Counted from the stretch's first letter, positions 13,124 to 28,260 are shown. The stretch: 64,000 nt of DNA from Antedon mediterranea (GCF_964355755.1 NC_092670.1:38800388-38864387); one strand, 5' to 3'. Notes: generated by a model from the letters alone, not told the origin. Numbers and translations are program-made.

Positions 13124-16100
13124 AACAATATAAGACAGCAAGCAGCTACAATACGTAATATTTTAAACTGAAAAGAAAAACACTACAGACTCCACGCAGA
13201 AATATAAATAGATGTTTACAAAATAAGACTTACAACTGTCATAGTAAGTTTAGAAGTCATGTTGGATGGATTAAACTACAAGCCGAGATCAAACTAGATG
13301 ACAGCACTGAATACCTAAGAATAAAAACATGTATTGTCATATTGTTCGATTGGTTGGCGACTTCTTCTTGTAATACACAAACCAGTGGGACATCCCCGCA
13401 TTAGAACGTGGTTGCGAACTAGTTCATTCTTATCTTAAGCCCTCTCTCTGGAGATCATGGGCTATTGTCAGTTTATCCAGGTAAGCTAGGCACAAAGTAG
13501 ACTGTATAGTTAACTATGAAGCAAAACCCGCAAAGTGGTAGTATCAAAGCAGAAGAGGGGGGGGGGGGGCGAAAGACAGAAGGTGGGTGGAGTATGTGGC
13601 ACACTTTTGCGGACAAATTTTCAGTAGCTACAGTAAAGCTCTGTCCACACTATCAAATTTTATGAGTGACCTTAACAACTTTAAAGCTCTGTCCACACTA
13701 TCAAACTTTATGAGTGACCTTAACTTAAAGCTCTGTCTACTGTACACTATCAAACTTTATGTGACAAAAAATGGTTACCGCTCGTCTGTGTAAATTGTCC
13801 TTAACACAGTGCAACCTGGCTATAGTAGATATAGAAAACTATACATTGAAATTCCGAATGACTTTTTAAAAATCACACACATAATGATAAATCAGCGATC
13901 AGTAGAACATGCTTGACAATGTAAAACAGTTCAGTAGGAAAATAACACTACTGTTAGAGTTTGTGAAAATGACACATCAAACCTACACTACAACAAATAA
14001 GTACAATAATATAATATTGTATAACAAATTATGTTATGTTTTAAAAAAGATCATACTTATTATAAACATATACAGTTAGTCACTCCCGCACATGTGGATG
14101 GATACAGTAAAGCTTTCCAAAATGTTCTACTAAAACAAAGACAATACATTCAATTACAGTTATCTTACCTTTGATAAAGATTTCACAAAAAGGGCATTTA
14201 AATAACACATTTTATTTTGTTTAAGCGATATAGAACACACTAAAGTAGTCGTCCATAGTCCAATTGTGCCATCCTAAAAGCGCTAACAATTCTGTGTATT
14301 CACCAGCACATATTTCATGCTCACTGAGGTGATATCCTTTCTTTTCAAATCCTTATCAACGATTTACCAATGAGATTTTAGTACCACTTAAAATGGGGGA
14401 ATTCCCAGATTAGCAGATTTACCTGGCTAAGATTATAGAAATACTGCACAGTGGCTGTTATTGTCTACAACAAATATTCCATTCTTTCTCCAATAATGAA
14501 AATTGTTCACAGTATACGTTGTTTTCACTTTATAGTTTCTAAACATTTTTATAAAATTTGTTGAAGCAATGGAATAGACCCCAACAGAAACTAAAACTGA
14601 AACCAATTGAGACAAAACAAATAATAACTAATAAGCAAATTATTATGTAGAAATTTACAACAGATTTACTAAAATTTTAAATTTTAATTTTAAAAATGTA
14701 TTGTCCCCCAAACAATGAAGATTACTAAAACCAGAATTTGAATAGGCAATTTTGCAGTTTAATAAAGTTATTCAGTACTTTAAAAAAAAAAATATTTCAC
14801 TTTAAAGACATAAGAAATGTATAATTTTAACCAAAAACCATTATCTATACAGACAATTTTTTCAGGTACATAATTTTTTTTTCAATGCAGTATTTGGTTA
14901 AAAAGTGAATAACTATTATGTTACTGTACATTAAAATAGCATATCGAAAAAAAAACATTTGCTAATAAATATTGAGATGCATGTGTAGATGGTAGTTATC
15001 ATGAGATAAGCGGTGTTTTGTGTAATATTTTCAATATTTCTTGTATATAATAATAAGGATACACACAGTTTTGCAGGGAATACCTATATCAATTTCTATA
15101 TTGAAACAAACAAAAATCATATAATTGCAGTACATACACACATTTACATTACTGCATTAACTGCAGTACAGTATATAATCATTTTTTTGACTTATTTGAA
15201 AGAGGATGTAGTCAAATACATGAAGTAGTTATAATCCAAATATAATTATTTAAAATGAGTACAATCAATATCCTCAATCAGAACATAGTCCATCCTGCAC
15301 CTACAGGGAGCATTCTTAGCTCAAAGGTATCAAAAGATGAGTATTGATCAAGATTGATTCAAGACGATGACATCATATCATATATTTTACAAATATTTCA
15401 GAGAAATCATTACCTTTTTCATATTAGGCGACTGCATAATTATAGTATTGCTAATTATTTGGTATTAAATTGGACATATCTGCATGTTTTGAGAAAATAA
15501 CAACAAAAATGTTTGTGCATATTAAAAACTCAGAGCTTGAAATGTGTTGGTTTTTTTTTTTTTTTTTAAAGAAATGGTAACTTGGGGCAATTTCTGTCGT
15601 ATTAATTTACCAAAACTGTTGCTTGCGTGCTACAGTTGTTGGGCTAAGTTAGATCAGGGAGTTGTCCCTGATCTAAACTAAATTTCTAGACCTGTACAGT
15701 AACTAACCGATTTTCATGTGCAAATATACGAGAGTATATATCTTAGACATAAAGTTTTTTCTACTGGATTCTTAATGATGGTTTACTATTACGGTAATAG
15801 CCTTGTAATAACAATAGCAATAATTTTATCCAAATCAGTAATGTAACAAAAAGTAAAGATAACATAGATAACATGTCAGAGAGAAACTTTTTAACTTTTT
15901 AAATCCTTTTTTTTATCTTGTGAAATGTCATTTTAGTACAGTATATATTCTTGATATTTGTAATTAAAAAATAATCGAAAAAAAATGTATTTACCTGAAA
16001 AAAATGTAATTTAAAGCAAAAAATTGTCAAATTGGCTGCCAGCCAATAGATTTTTGGTTGAATTTGACCATTTATTGTGTCATTTTATAAGTGAAAATAT

Positions 16101-16274
16101 AAATTTGTTTTCTATGGAAGTGATTAACTTTATTAAAACTACAAAATATCAAATCAAAGTCTGATTTAATTAATCTTCATTTTTCATGTTTTTGGAGGAC
16201 AATACATCTTTAAAGATGAAACAAAGAAAATCAAATCCATACTGTAAATACTGTATATCAGGTCAACTACTGTA

Positions 16275-16456
16275 AAGCTTGGTTCACACTAGAACGTAAC
16301 GCAAGGACATAAACGCAACGCAAGCGTTTTAACCAATGACAAGCGAAGTTATAGACAGTTAGCAATCACAAGCGAATAAGCCATCGCTTGTGATTGGTCA
16401 ATTCACTTGCGTTGCGTTACGTCCTTGCGGTGCGTCGCTAGTGGGAACCACGCTTA
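16275..16456. mobile_element. Harbinger-like hairpin MITE (AGCTTGGTTC...CACTAG / CGCAACGCAAG); related copies at about 962-1090 and 45263-45625
   Basis: Long imperfect palindrome with TAA flanks; the 45.3-45.6 kb copy has a tandemly triplicated right end. Confidence 0.75.
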
Positions 16457-16494
16457 AGGATAAGACTACTACTGTAACATCATAGAGTTTAAGT

Positions 16495-16900
16495 ACACAA
16501 ACCAGTAGTGGTGTTTAGTAGTCTATGATGAGTGCCACTTACCAGGATAAACCGACAATAACCTGAGGGAGAGCTTAGATACGAAAAGTAAAAGTTCCTA
16601 GAACACTCCTTGACCATAATGGACTAGTCTGCAACCACGCCCTCATGTGGGAATGTTCCAACGTACCACCGTAATCATTTCTTTTCTTAACAATGCTCTA
16701 GCCACTACTGTATAAGATGTGGGTTTATGATAAAATCGGTTACAAGTAGTATCGGATTTCCAACCCGCAATGTCTTGTATGTCTTTCATCGACACACCTA
16801 ACCTATGAGATGCTGAGGAAGATGCACCCCGAGCCGAATGGGCTTTGAAAATGTCCGTATTTATCCCTGTTGTATTCAATTGAAAGTTCCTAGCAAACAA
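16495..16900 (-). mobile_element. DIRS-like tyrosine-recombinase retroelement remnant
   Basis: FKAHSARGASSS...GVSMKDIQDIAGWKSDTTCNRFYHKP contains the YR C-terminal H-x-x-R, W and catalytic Y; adjacent non-coding part is repeated at about 26367-26600 and 13374-13510. Confidence 0.8.
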
Positions 16901-18571
16901 AAGCTAAGCTTACGGTACTAGCAATGATATAGTTCGACTTATAAGTGAGCGAAAGTTTAAGCAAGTATTATTGGGTTATGCATGCTATAACTGGCAGTAC
17001 AGTACAGTGCATAGGAAGACTACCTCACACTCAAACTTTATGATAACTGCTTGCAGTACAGAACACAACATTCAATCACAGTTCTCTTCTGGTGTGTGTT
17101 TTATTTCTCACTGGATATCCCTTTTCAATCATCAATGCAATCCTTATCAGGACACAATTTACAACAAAACACTGACTTGTAAATGTTCTTATATAATTCC
17201 AACAATTTTACAAAATCTATCTTCGGATTTTAGTTGTCTTCCTCGAAGCAAACAACAAAATAAATATAAAACATCAAGAAAGTGTCTCTCACACAGTATT
17301 ACTATGGTACAACATCTGAAGCTGCCACTAAAGGGTGACAATCTTCTCTGTAGTGTCTGTTGACAAACACAAAAACTTGTTGAAGTCTATTTGGAATATA
17401 TCCATAACTAAACAGAGTGGAACTTATACTGTATTATTAGTCATAAAGCCAACTTATTGTATTGTTGAAAATTAATTCATATTGTCAGCTGAGGGCAAAT
17501 GCTTGAACTTACGCCCACAAAAACAGAGATAAATATTTACTTGTTCAAACACAATAAAACTATTTATTCAGGGTCATACCAAACCCACAAAAATTGTTGA
17601 ACAAAAAAATGATATGTGAGTGTAGTGGACTTATAAAATGGATACAATTTTTAAAAATCCTTTAAGCACTGTCTACACTATCAAACTAGTTTGACAAAAA
17701 AAGTATGATAGTCACAGTGATGAACACAAATACGGTAGTGATACCTGTATGGGCACATCACATTTTATTGTCACATAAAGTTTCATAGTGTAGACAGCAA
17801 AAAAGATGAATGCATTTTTAAATAAATTCATTAAATTTACAACAAAACAACAATATACTTCTATCACAGACATGTATTATGAATACAGTAACATCATTTT
17901 TTGTGCAATGCAAAGTTATAACAAACCGGTAGTGTGAGTCGCTTCTACTCCGCGACAAGTTCAGACATTTTTAAATTTCAATGTTCCAATTAAATGTGTA
18001 CTCATTTTATATCCATTTAGGGATAGCTAACGTGAATGTGGCTTTGTTGGTCATCCACACAAAAGAAATGCAAAGTATCTTCTACTATCAGGGAGACAGG
18101 TATTGTATTTATACTTCCATGCTTACATTTAATGTAACCATATACATTCGGAATAACAAGGAATACCTATACAATTTCTCTTTATGTTTAAACCCTTTAA
18201 ATCACAATAATAGTTAGTGTAGGCTCTTCACGCTTCATTAATTATATACTGCAAATATTCAGGCTCACCTAGAGAGGGCTCACTTAAGATTAATTAACAT
18301 AAATTTAGCCTGCTGCTGTACTTATGCACCAAATAACACATTTTATAGTTATTAAACTGATTTAACCTTCCTATTATTAATACAGTCTGAAATTCTATCC
18401 TAAGTCTATTATATTATAGGTCCCCTTCCAAGCAAAGAGCAACTTGGCAAAGTGTTTAATGAATATTATAGTTGTCATCACACTGTGTGGCTGAAGGCTA
18501 AATTTAATAACAGTTTTTTTTCGAAAATGCCATACTGCACACAAGATTGGGTATGCAGTACCGTACATTAG

Positions 18572-18891
18572 TTAAAGATGAATTGTCCTCCTGAAAAAAT
18601 AATTCTTAAACATTTTTTTTAATATGCCATTTTAATGTCACCAAATAGTTATCCAAAAATCGGATTGAAAAGAAATGTATTTAACTAAAAAAATAAATAA
18701 TTTACCGTAAAGCAAGAAATGGTTAAATTAGCTTCCAGCCAATAGGTATTTGGTTCAATTGAACCATTTATTTTGTCATTTTTTAAGTTCAAACATTTTT
18801 TTTTCTTTCTACGGAAGTGATTATCTTGATTAAAACTACAAAATAATCTATTCAAAGTTCAATTTGTTTTTTTGGGACAATACATCTTTAA
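18572..18891. mobile_element. TTAA-flanked (Kolobok-like) non-autonomous element; related copies at about 15920-16213 and 35216-35579
   Basis: TTAA-AGATGAATTGTCC ... GGACAATACATCT-TTAA ends; interiors align between the copies. Confidence 0.7.
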
Positions 18892-20042
18892 CTCATGGAG
18901 GTAACAAACAAATTATATTTTTACATCCATAGTTAACTTTTCTTTTTGCAATTTGTAATTTTTATCTTTTATTTTAAAATGTGTGGAGAAACTAAAAAAA
19001 CAAAAGACAAAACAAAAACTGGATGAAAATGCAAAGGGTCTGTTTTCTGCTACATAACACAGAATAAACCATTTACTTCAAAATAGATTTAAAATATAAT
19101 TTTTATATTGGCTACATTTGTGCTCAATATTTGCTCCTAAATATCCGTTTAAATCAGTGGGTGGTCGTTGACAGAAATCATCAGCATTACCCAAAATGCA
19201 ATAATTCAAACGTTACTGCAGTGTAATTGACTAAAGGTCAGCGGTTGTCAGTCAAATAACCGCTATATTGCGTTGCAGCTAAAAGTTGCACAGCAATAAC
19301 CATGTTAAATGGTGTGTTGGATGATTTGGTGTTTTTAACTATATTATTTTCAGGCTGCAATTTTACCGGCTACTAAAAATTTTTCCTGTTTCGGCTGCCA
19401 AGCAATTGGAGTTAACTTATTCACATGGTTTAATAACCGTATATTTTTTTGCAGAAGAAACAGGACCATAGATTGTTGGTTAACATTATAATCATGGTGA
19501 CAATTAAATATTTTGTCTTATTTTGAGAGGTTCAGATGTACAGTAATATTATACACAAACTATGTACTGTATTAATTAACTTCAAGTATATTGTTTGTAC
19601 TGTAGGTTCGGAAAGAATTAGTCTAAAAATGTCGGCTTATCAACATGCTAGGCACTAAATATACTATCAATTTCAATATACATAAATATCCAAATAAACA
19701 TTTAATAATGAGCTAATTAGCATAAAGTCCTCATTCCATTTGCATTGATTAATATCGAGATGAAAGGATTTCCTGAGTCAAATACGGTATAACACGTAAT
19801 ATGTCTGTAGAGGTTCAGACTCATTAATAACTTATTACCTATGCATAGTGTAGCTATCTGACCGCGTAGTTTTTAATAATTACAGTGCAGCATTTTACAC
19901 AGCACCCACGGGTATACTTATTACAATGTGTGTGAGTAACCCTCGTCTTGATTCAGGACTGCTGCATGTATAAATAGTTGATTTTCACCCTTTTATAATA
20001 TGGGTACTGTACTGTATGTGCTTTTTTAATTTTTTTATTACA

Positions 20043-20340
20043 CCTTATTTATAGAGGGTGACTCTAAACAGCGTACACTGACAATCAGGGGGCCTTCTTG
20101 ATGAGTGACAGTGGCTGTGTGTACACCGGAGTAACAACTACTTGTCTCGAAAGATTTACTAGGTTCTTTATTTAAAGTGCACACGAGCCAGATGTGTACA
20201 CTGGACCTACAGTTAATAGTCTGTATCCGAGATGGTTTGTTCTACCACCAGAACCATGGAGCGAGTGAAGCTTGAACCATTGCCGATGTTAATATGGTAT
20301 TATGGTTCCACTGTCTTAACCGCTTGGCCACTCACCACAT
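20043..20340 (-). mobile_element. tRNA-headed SINE with a Deu/Nin-like central domain (near full length)
   Basis: Minus strand shows A box TGGCCAAGCGG and B-like GGTTCAAGC, then CTCGGAT...AACTGTAGGTCC...TAAAGAACC...TTTCGAGAC, resembling the DeuSINE core; five copies in the window. Confidence 0.75.
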
Positions 20341-20828
20341 TAACATACTGTACCATTTATTATACATTAAGTATGTACAGTACTAATGAGCAATGAAGTA
20401 CACAGCTACTTCTGAGAAAACATTTCTTGTCATATATTCAATGTGATTTTACTCATATGTAATACTAATAGATATAGGATATAAAGTGCTGGAAGAATGT
20501 GATGTCTTTTGCAAAGTGCTTGGTCCTATGTTGCATTAACCGCTTGATTACCATAATTCCTTAGGGACAACAGAGGAGGCTGAGTATTCCATGCATTATC
20601 GATTCTGTATCCATTGGTCGGTGAAAATTTGATAGGCATTCTAATGCTACTGTAAATGAACCTCTGTGTTTACTAAACTTATTACTTACAGACTCTTGGT
20701 GAGTGCAATGTGTCTACTACAGTACTTGGCAATGTCATGGTACTGTTGTAACAGGCATTGTGGGAGTTGACCTTTAGTTGGTCTAATGGCTGAAGGAGAA
20801 TACTAAAGGCTGGAAGGTGGCAACTTAC

Positions 20829-20908
20829 TGTGTGCTCAATAGTATTTTTCGGCTGATCAATCAAACTTCTTCGTTTTGATAGTGGTGGTCGGGTTGACTT
20901 TCCTGGAT
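20829..20908 (-). CDS. OXR1: OXR1-like exon (...LIDQPKNTIEHT)
   Basis: Resembles the pre-LysM motif of OXR1; donor GTAAGT; phase 1/0. Confidence 0.85.
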
Positions 20909-21310
20909 CTGAAAATAAGAAAATTCATTTATACAACCATTAAAATATGTATTTTAAAGTAGCAGTATTACATTGTATGTGTCAAAAAACCTTCAGTAGA
21001 AATGGGGAAACACTATTTATTGATATATGATTATGAACACTTTTAATACTAGAATGTAATGTGGTAGGTGTACTCTAGCTTCATAGCTAAATATACAGCT
21101 CCCAGGATTTCTCACCAAGAAAGGCCCAGTATGCAATCCTCATCTGACATAGTTCATACCATTATAAACCTCCCCCTCCCCCACCCCCTTTGATTCCCAT
21201 ATTTAGGAGACACCCAGTGTAAATGGGACACTTTCCCATAAAACAAGTGACGGGAAGTTAGATCAACTTCTATTAGCGGTTCCTGAAGGTGTCTCCTTAA
21301 CGCTCCATCT

Positions 21311-21593
21311 TCTACACTATCAAACTAGTTTGACAAAAGAAGTGTGATGTGCCCAAATATGGTAGTGATATGTCCAGATATGGTAGTGATATGCTTAAAT
21401 ATGGTAGTGATATGTTCAGATATGGTAGTGATGTGCCCAAATATGGTAGTGATATGTCCAGATATGGTAGTGATGTGCCCAAATATGGTAGTGATATGTC
21501 CAGATATGGTAGTGATATGACATCATTATGTCCATACTGTATGTGTACATCACATTTCTTTGTCACACAAAGTATGATAGTGTAGACAGAGCT
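21311..21593. mobile_element. Dominant-family MITE with 8 internal 21-bp repeats
   Basis: GGTAGTGAT recurs every 21 bp from 21361 to 21508 between the family TIRs. Confidence 0.85.
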
Positions 21594-21692
21594 TTATAGG
21601 TTCTACTGGTTAAAATGTTTTATACCATGCTTACAGTATTAGTTTTATTTTTATTTATTTTATTCTTATTTTAGATTATGTCACACTCTCAC

Positions 21693-21777
21693 CTGAAGCA
21701 TGGCGGATTCTACTATCAATAAGGTTTGATGATATGGGTAATGGGTGTGAGGCTACAGCAGCATCTACCGTTTCCAT
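21693..21777 (-). CDS. OXR1: OXR1-like probable first coding exon (METVDAAV...RHAS); exon begins at 21838
   Basis: ACCATGG start context; donor GTGAG; phase 1 fits the next exon. The frame is also open back to the acceptor at 21838, so an upstream start is possible. Confidence 0.65.
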
Positions 21778-24700
21778 GGTTATAGGCAGGTAAATCTCAG
21801 AGCCATCTTTCTTAATAAGAAGTGTAAACACACCGTTCCTAAGAAGTAAAAAAGGATGGTTGTTATTTGTTAATTACACAAACCGACAGAGGTATACCTG
21901 TGGATATAACAACAATTAGCCTACTGTAATGTAACTCAAAATGTATAAAAAAAAACCTTCTTAAAAAACAATTATTTTTAGTCACATGCAAACCCGACTC
22001 TACAGCTCACACTATGTCGGTCGGTTGGTTGGTCGGTAAACACTAACTCAAATTTGAGCACACAACTGTAGCCATGTGTATGGCCTTGTTATTTAAATAA
22101 ACATACATTTTATATAATGCACTGAGATAAAATAGAAAGATTTATTTTAGATCTTGATGTACCTAAACAGTATGCTTAAGATCATAATAAAACATTGTTA
22201 TGTTAGCAATATGTTATTTCTAAAAAAATAAAAATTTAACAAAAACAGTCATACTAACATAAAATCTGGCCAAGATAAATACATTTTTATTACAGTTAGT
22301 AGATTAAGGCATACCAATGAAAATGCTGAATAATTTAGTATAAAGATGAGAAAATCTGATCATGAAAATGGTTGATAACATACCCTGCCATTATCACTTA
22401 GTATAAAGTAATCAATATAGTTTGTTGCTTAATATGGTCACTAACTGCAAGAGGTTTGAATTAAAGGAAATAATAGGGAACAACTGCGGTTGGAAAATAT
22501 CTAATGACTCACATTGAGTAGATACACAGGTTGATAAAAATATATTCCAAGTATTGTACAGGCTTTGAGGTTAAGTCTCGGTCTTCCTATCCCAGGATAT
22601 ACGCTTCCTTCATATGCTTAATAATATCTAACTATACTGTACTGTACAATAATATTTTACTATGGTTCGTACCATATTGTTAATGTACAGTATTTTTCAA
22701 TGAAAGTTACAAGGTCTGTCTACACTATCAAAAACTAGTTTAACAAAAACGTTTTTTAACAAAATGATGTGCCAAAATATGATACTGTATGGGCACATTA
22801 TATTTTGTTGTAAGTTTGATAGTCTAGACAGAGCTTAAAATAGTTCCTCAGTACAGTTCTGCCAACACTATCAAACTAGTGATATGCTTAAATATGGTAG
22901 TGATATGCTTAAATACAGTAGTGATATGACATCATAATGTCCATATATGGGCACATCATATATGGGCACATCACATTTGGTGTCACATATGTTTCATAGT
23001 GTAGACAGAGCTTTTGATTTTTTACCTATGTTTATATAAACTTCCGTGTAAAATTATTGTGTGTCATCAAAATCATTTTTTTTTCAGCATACTTAATATT
23101 TGACATTAATAAAAAATAAGGTCAAGGTAATTTTGATACTGGCAAGTAAATAACACAGAGATGTAAAATTTACATTTTACATACAGTATTTTAAAAACAT
23201 GTATACAGTTAAATCTGTTTAAATTGTAAATAAATGAATCATTTGTTATCTTATTTGAGATGCCCATGCTGTTTCTCTTCGTACTTTAATTCTATTACAT
23301 GTAAAAATCAATGAGCTCATTAGCACTCTTCATCCAGGGGCCAGCAAGATCTTCTGTCTGCACAATGGGCTAAATGAGCTCACCACATATCCAGGGGCCA
23401 GTAAGATCTTGTTGAAGGATTTGTAATAACCATTGGTCAAGTTAAGCCATGAACATGTCCAAAGCATGTCATTCACATGATCTGTACAAAATTTAAATCT
23501 AACTTTACAATTTGATGCCATTTAACTGGTTATTTGTCTTGTTTCTTATTAATTGGAATATTTTGTTCCCAGCAGATTCAGGCAATATTTTAAATTAAAA
23601 ATTTGTTTTCAATTTTCAAACCTTCCTGTTTGATGTGTGATGTGCTCAAATATGGTAGTGAAAATGATATGACATCATCATGTATTTTCCATATACAGTA
23701 TGGGCATATCACATTTTGTTTGTCACATAAAGTTTGATAGTGTAGACAGAGCTTTATAATACAACAACATACAATTTTTGTGCCTGCCAGCAGTTTTAGG
23801 CTGCTTTACAAAACCATTATACTAGAATAGAAGGATAAAATTTGAATATTCTTAATTTTTTCAAATAATATAATAAAACAACTTCTCATTTTAATACTGG
23901 CCTAGTATTAATTGAACCCTGAATTGTATTATTATCAAAACATTATTACTTCTTATCCCTACTTTTATGACATGGACAAGTCAATTTTAATATTGATATT
24001 TTCTATCTCTCTTGAGAGATATCATCAAACACTTTTGGAATTTCAAAGTGAGAACATTTCCCCAGTAGAAACATTGTAATGATAATAATCCAAGGAACGA
24101 CAAGAACATGTTAATGTTAATGTTGTACAGTAAATTGAAAGGAAGAAAAAATGTGTGTATAATACACGCTTAGTATGTTATAAGCAAATGAAGGTACTGT
24201 AGTTTTTAATGAGAAAACACCAAACGTTTTTTAAAAATATACTGTATATACATACTGTATTCATTGAATTTTCTACAGTATCAGTGGATGATCCAGGATG
24301 TTGAAATAGGAGGGCCCAGGGCCTAAAAATGGTGAAATGAAGGGCTTAGCCTAATCTGGGCCCCCACTTGGATCTACCCCTGATTACAATAGAGAATTCT
24401 TTAAGAGAAACCCTTTGGGACCCAACAAATTTCATAATCTTGTAAATAAATAATCAATTTCCATATTTCCCTTATTTACCGTAATTAAATTTTAAAATTT
24501 GTAGATAAATTTTAGCTAAATTTGTAATTTTATGTATTTTTCTTGTGCAATATGTTTGATTCCACTTTTATTTGTTCTTTGATTTCTATGTGCACTTTAT
24601 ATACTGTTTTATGCCTGTTTTAAATGTTTTTATATTTGTAAGTATCATGTAATAATTCAGCCATTGGCTGCGATTTTGATATGCAATAAAATGAAATGAA

Positions 24701-26366
24701 ATAAAAAAAAAACAAAGTGTCTCCTTAATAGAGGTGTCCCCTGTTGGCCATAGTGTTAAAACATATTGCTTCTTATTCTGTTCATGGAATAGGGGTGTTC
24801 CAAATGTGTTATGGTTATCATCCAACAGACAAATTTGCCAAATCTCAGTTTACCGACTTCAACCAGTTTGCCGACTAGATTGCTAACATTTCAGGGTATT
24901 TTGGGGATACTTACCATAAATTTAATAATCAGTAGTCAAAACTGGTCGGGCTACATTTAAATGATTAAACCAGACATAACAAAACTCCCAGTCTATGATA
25001 GCAATGTTGGGGAGGGTGATGTCAGGAGAGTATGATGTTGGAGGATGTGGAGCGTAAATAATTATATAATTTAGTTATTTTTACCAAAATATGTTTTTAA
25101 ACATATTGTGCAAACGTCCTACAACTCAAACTTAAGTTTCCTTTAGTGTATTGAGTTGGTCAACACCGGCTGTACTGCATACACATAGCTAACTTTATAT
25201 AAACCCATTGATTTTTTTTGCAATTTTAACTAAAATTAAAGACTGTATGGTAAAAGAAAGGTTTTTATTGTTCCCTGTAAAACGATTTATTTGTTCAGTA
25301 CAAGTTCATTGTACCAGATGTCGTAAAACCAAACATTTGCTGGTATTTTCTGAACTGTTATATATTATGTGTAGGCTTGTTACACAGATTGGAAATCAGT
25401 ACAAACATTTGGAATGATGACAAATAGGCTGCCTACAGGTAGTGAATTTTAAATCTTAAATAAAAGCAGTGTTGTTTTTTACTTACCGTATTGTGAAATG
25501 GTAGCCTGAATCTTGTTGCTTAGTATTTACCATACCGTCTATTTCTTATGGTTACAATATCCTATGCATTTAAACTCAAACTGCATTTAAATACTAATAG
25601 CAGAAACAACAACATTTCAAGTACTAGCATGGAGTAAAGATAACTCCATGGTACTAGTTCCAATGCTAGTTATTAACTATTATTAGTCCTGTGTTTATAT
25701 TCATTGTTGTTGTGGAGTTAATCTCTAAGCATCATGGGTAATCTATTAAATGCCCTCATCAAGGTCCCTTGTTTTGTGTGTATTTTAATAAGTCCTGTTT
25801 TTTAGCCGTGACCTATTCAAAGCATATCAACAGCTCAAGCTCAAGTTTAAGTTGAACATTGTGATGATCAAAATTTGCATTTGGTGTGTTGTCCTTGTAC
25901 CTTAATAGTTTACATTAATTTAACAATTATCTACATGTATGGTGGTATTGCTTAAAAAATGGTTGGATATGACTAACTGACCAGTTGTTTTTTTTAATTG
26001 CCAAAACTAATATTGAAAAGCTAACTGTTTTTCAATGTTTTGTTCTGTAAGTAGTACATTCAAGTCTACAGTATATTTGTATAACATTAATAAAGAGATC
26101 AAAATGTCAAAATGCAATTTAAGTCACAAACAGTCAGAAACTGTGCTCTTCTAAAAACATGATTGAAATATCAGGTTGGTGTTGGTCTTTATTTAATGTG
26201 TATTGCAGTACTTTAAAATTAATGCTTTAAACATAGTACTTATTCGAGCTGATTCTGCTCTACAGTATTTATATAATTTTTAAAAGTAATAAAGTAGCCT
26301 ACATGTTTTAACATATCCACAGAACAAGCTAAACTGCAGAAACACTATAGAAAAACCTGGTAAAAA

Positions 26367-26600
26367 TACACAAACCAATAGTGGTGTTGGTAGTCTAAAA
26401 GTGCTGCTTACCTGGATAAACCGACAATAGCACATGATCTTCAGAGGGAGAGCTTAGATACAAAAAGTTAAAGTTTCTAATACTACTGGACCATAATGGA
26501 CTAGTCCACAACCACGCCATCATGAGGGAACGTTCCAACGTACCACCGTCATCATAGGAACTTTAACTTTTCATATCTACTGTAAGCCATCTCTCTGTAG
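26367..26600. mobile_element. Non-coding copy of the DIRS-associated terminal sequence with an internal inverted repeat
   Basis: Aligns with 16495-16678; about 26444-26478 is inverted at about 26556-26600. Confidence 0.65.
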
Positions 26601-28260
26601 GGCAAAGGTAAGCTACTGTAGGAACAAAATAAACATAAATACTGTATACCGGTAGTAGGCCTGTATATTTAAAGGCCTATATTTAAAATCATGCTTTTGT
26701 TATTAGTCAATGATATAAATCATACTGCACTTTATATTTCTATAATTATTAACCAGACTTCAAGGAATTATTGCAACGAGTAGTTGACCATGATGCTATC
26801 ATCATAGTTTGCATCTAATCAATAACCTACAGTACTTCAACTACTCAGCTGAATATTATCAGTAAATTATCACCCTTTATACAGGTCTCAATAGAAAATG
26901 AAGTTGTTGACAGTGGTATTTCATCCAATACTGTCTAAGCAATTAGGTTCTGCTGGACAGACTACTGTAGATGTTACATACCTTTTTGTTTACAATTTCT
27001 AACAACGTGCAACCAGGTTTGATCTCTCGATTTATTACACGCTTTTATACACGCCCTGAGAATCATCGGAAGGAAAGCGTAGTTGCACGCTATTTTACTG
27101 ATTGGTCAGTTTAGTACCAGGACAATACATGAACGCTAGTAGCAGTAAGAACTAGGAACATCTCAGAACAAAAACAGGCTCTCATCAGTGTATTTTTCCC
27201 CCGACGCCCCTAGCCTACAGTACAGTAACTAAAGATTGCTTGAAGTAAAAACTTGTTGTCAAATACAATAAAATGAATTTGTTTATAGAGCAGTGATTGA
27301 TGTTTTTTAAATTAAAAACCATATCCCTCTGTGAATACTGCAAAAGCTAAACACATGTTATTTCATTTCAATATGAATAGTAGTTTCGAACAAAATTCCC
27401 TTCTATCCATATGCGTATTTCCTTCCTATCAATTACATCACTGATGATGTACAGTATGAAACAGTTGCAATGCAATATTTTGACATACAGTTATTGCCTT
27501 CCATACAAATGGGTATTTCCTTTACTTTATTAATTAATCACTGTACATCACTGATGATACTGTATGTGAAATACCGGTACTCGCAATATGTTTTTGACAT
27601 ATACTGCCTTCCATACATAATATGGGTATTTCCTTTATTAATTACATCACTGTAATGATATGAAACAGTCGCAATTCAATGTTTTTTGACATATATTGCA
27701 TTCCATACAACAAAGGGCCCTTAATAATAACATGTGCATGAAGAATAATGCTAACGATATCGTTGATGTAAATGTATCGTCAAGTGGTTTGGTCAGATGA
27801 AGAGCAGCGCAAATAATTATTGATTTGGTTTTCTGTAATGCTCGCAATTTGCAATCAACGGGCAAAGCCCTTCTGCAAATCAAATTACGTATTTTAAAAA
27901 GGTCAAACTCAAAATCAAAACAACACATTACTGATGATACAGTAACTCGAATTTGTGACACAATGCAAAATTACAAAGTATTATAAATATATTTACTGTG
28001 CTATCTTATTCATAGTATTAATAAGATATTTTACACTTTAAAAGAACATTTGGATTTTTCTATCAACAATACTGTAGTGACCTGGATATAATCCCATTAC
28101 TTACCTTCAATATATTAACAGTGTTTTTAGTGTTTCTGATTGTCGTCTATATAATTGATGCTTAAAATACACATTGACACTAATGACAGATGCAAAAAAA
28201 TCATAGGAATAAGCCAGTCAGTACAGTAGTTTATCTCAGAACTTGCATAACATTGACTTA

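Noticed and set aside
10961-20828. Alternative OXR1 first exons at minus-strand donor-like sites (about 13230, 14165, 17540) and ORF 16971..17363
   Set aside because: Plausible for this gene family, but I found no recognisable coding motif or other support in the sequence alone.
21311-21593. Regular 21-bp repeats resembling a CRISPR array, and repetitive ORFs (PKYGSDM / SLPYLGT)
   Set aside because: Units are directly tandem with no unique spacers, lie inside MITE TIRs in eukaryotic intronic DNA, and have no cas genes nearby. The ORFs arise because 21 is divisible by 3.
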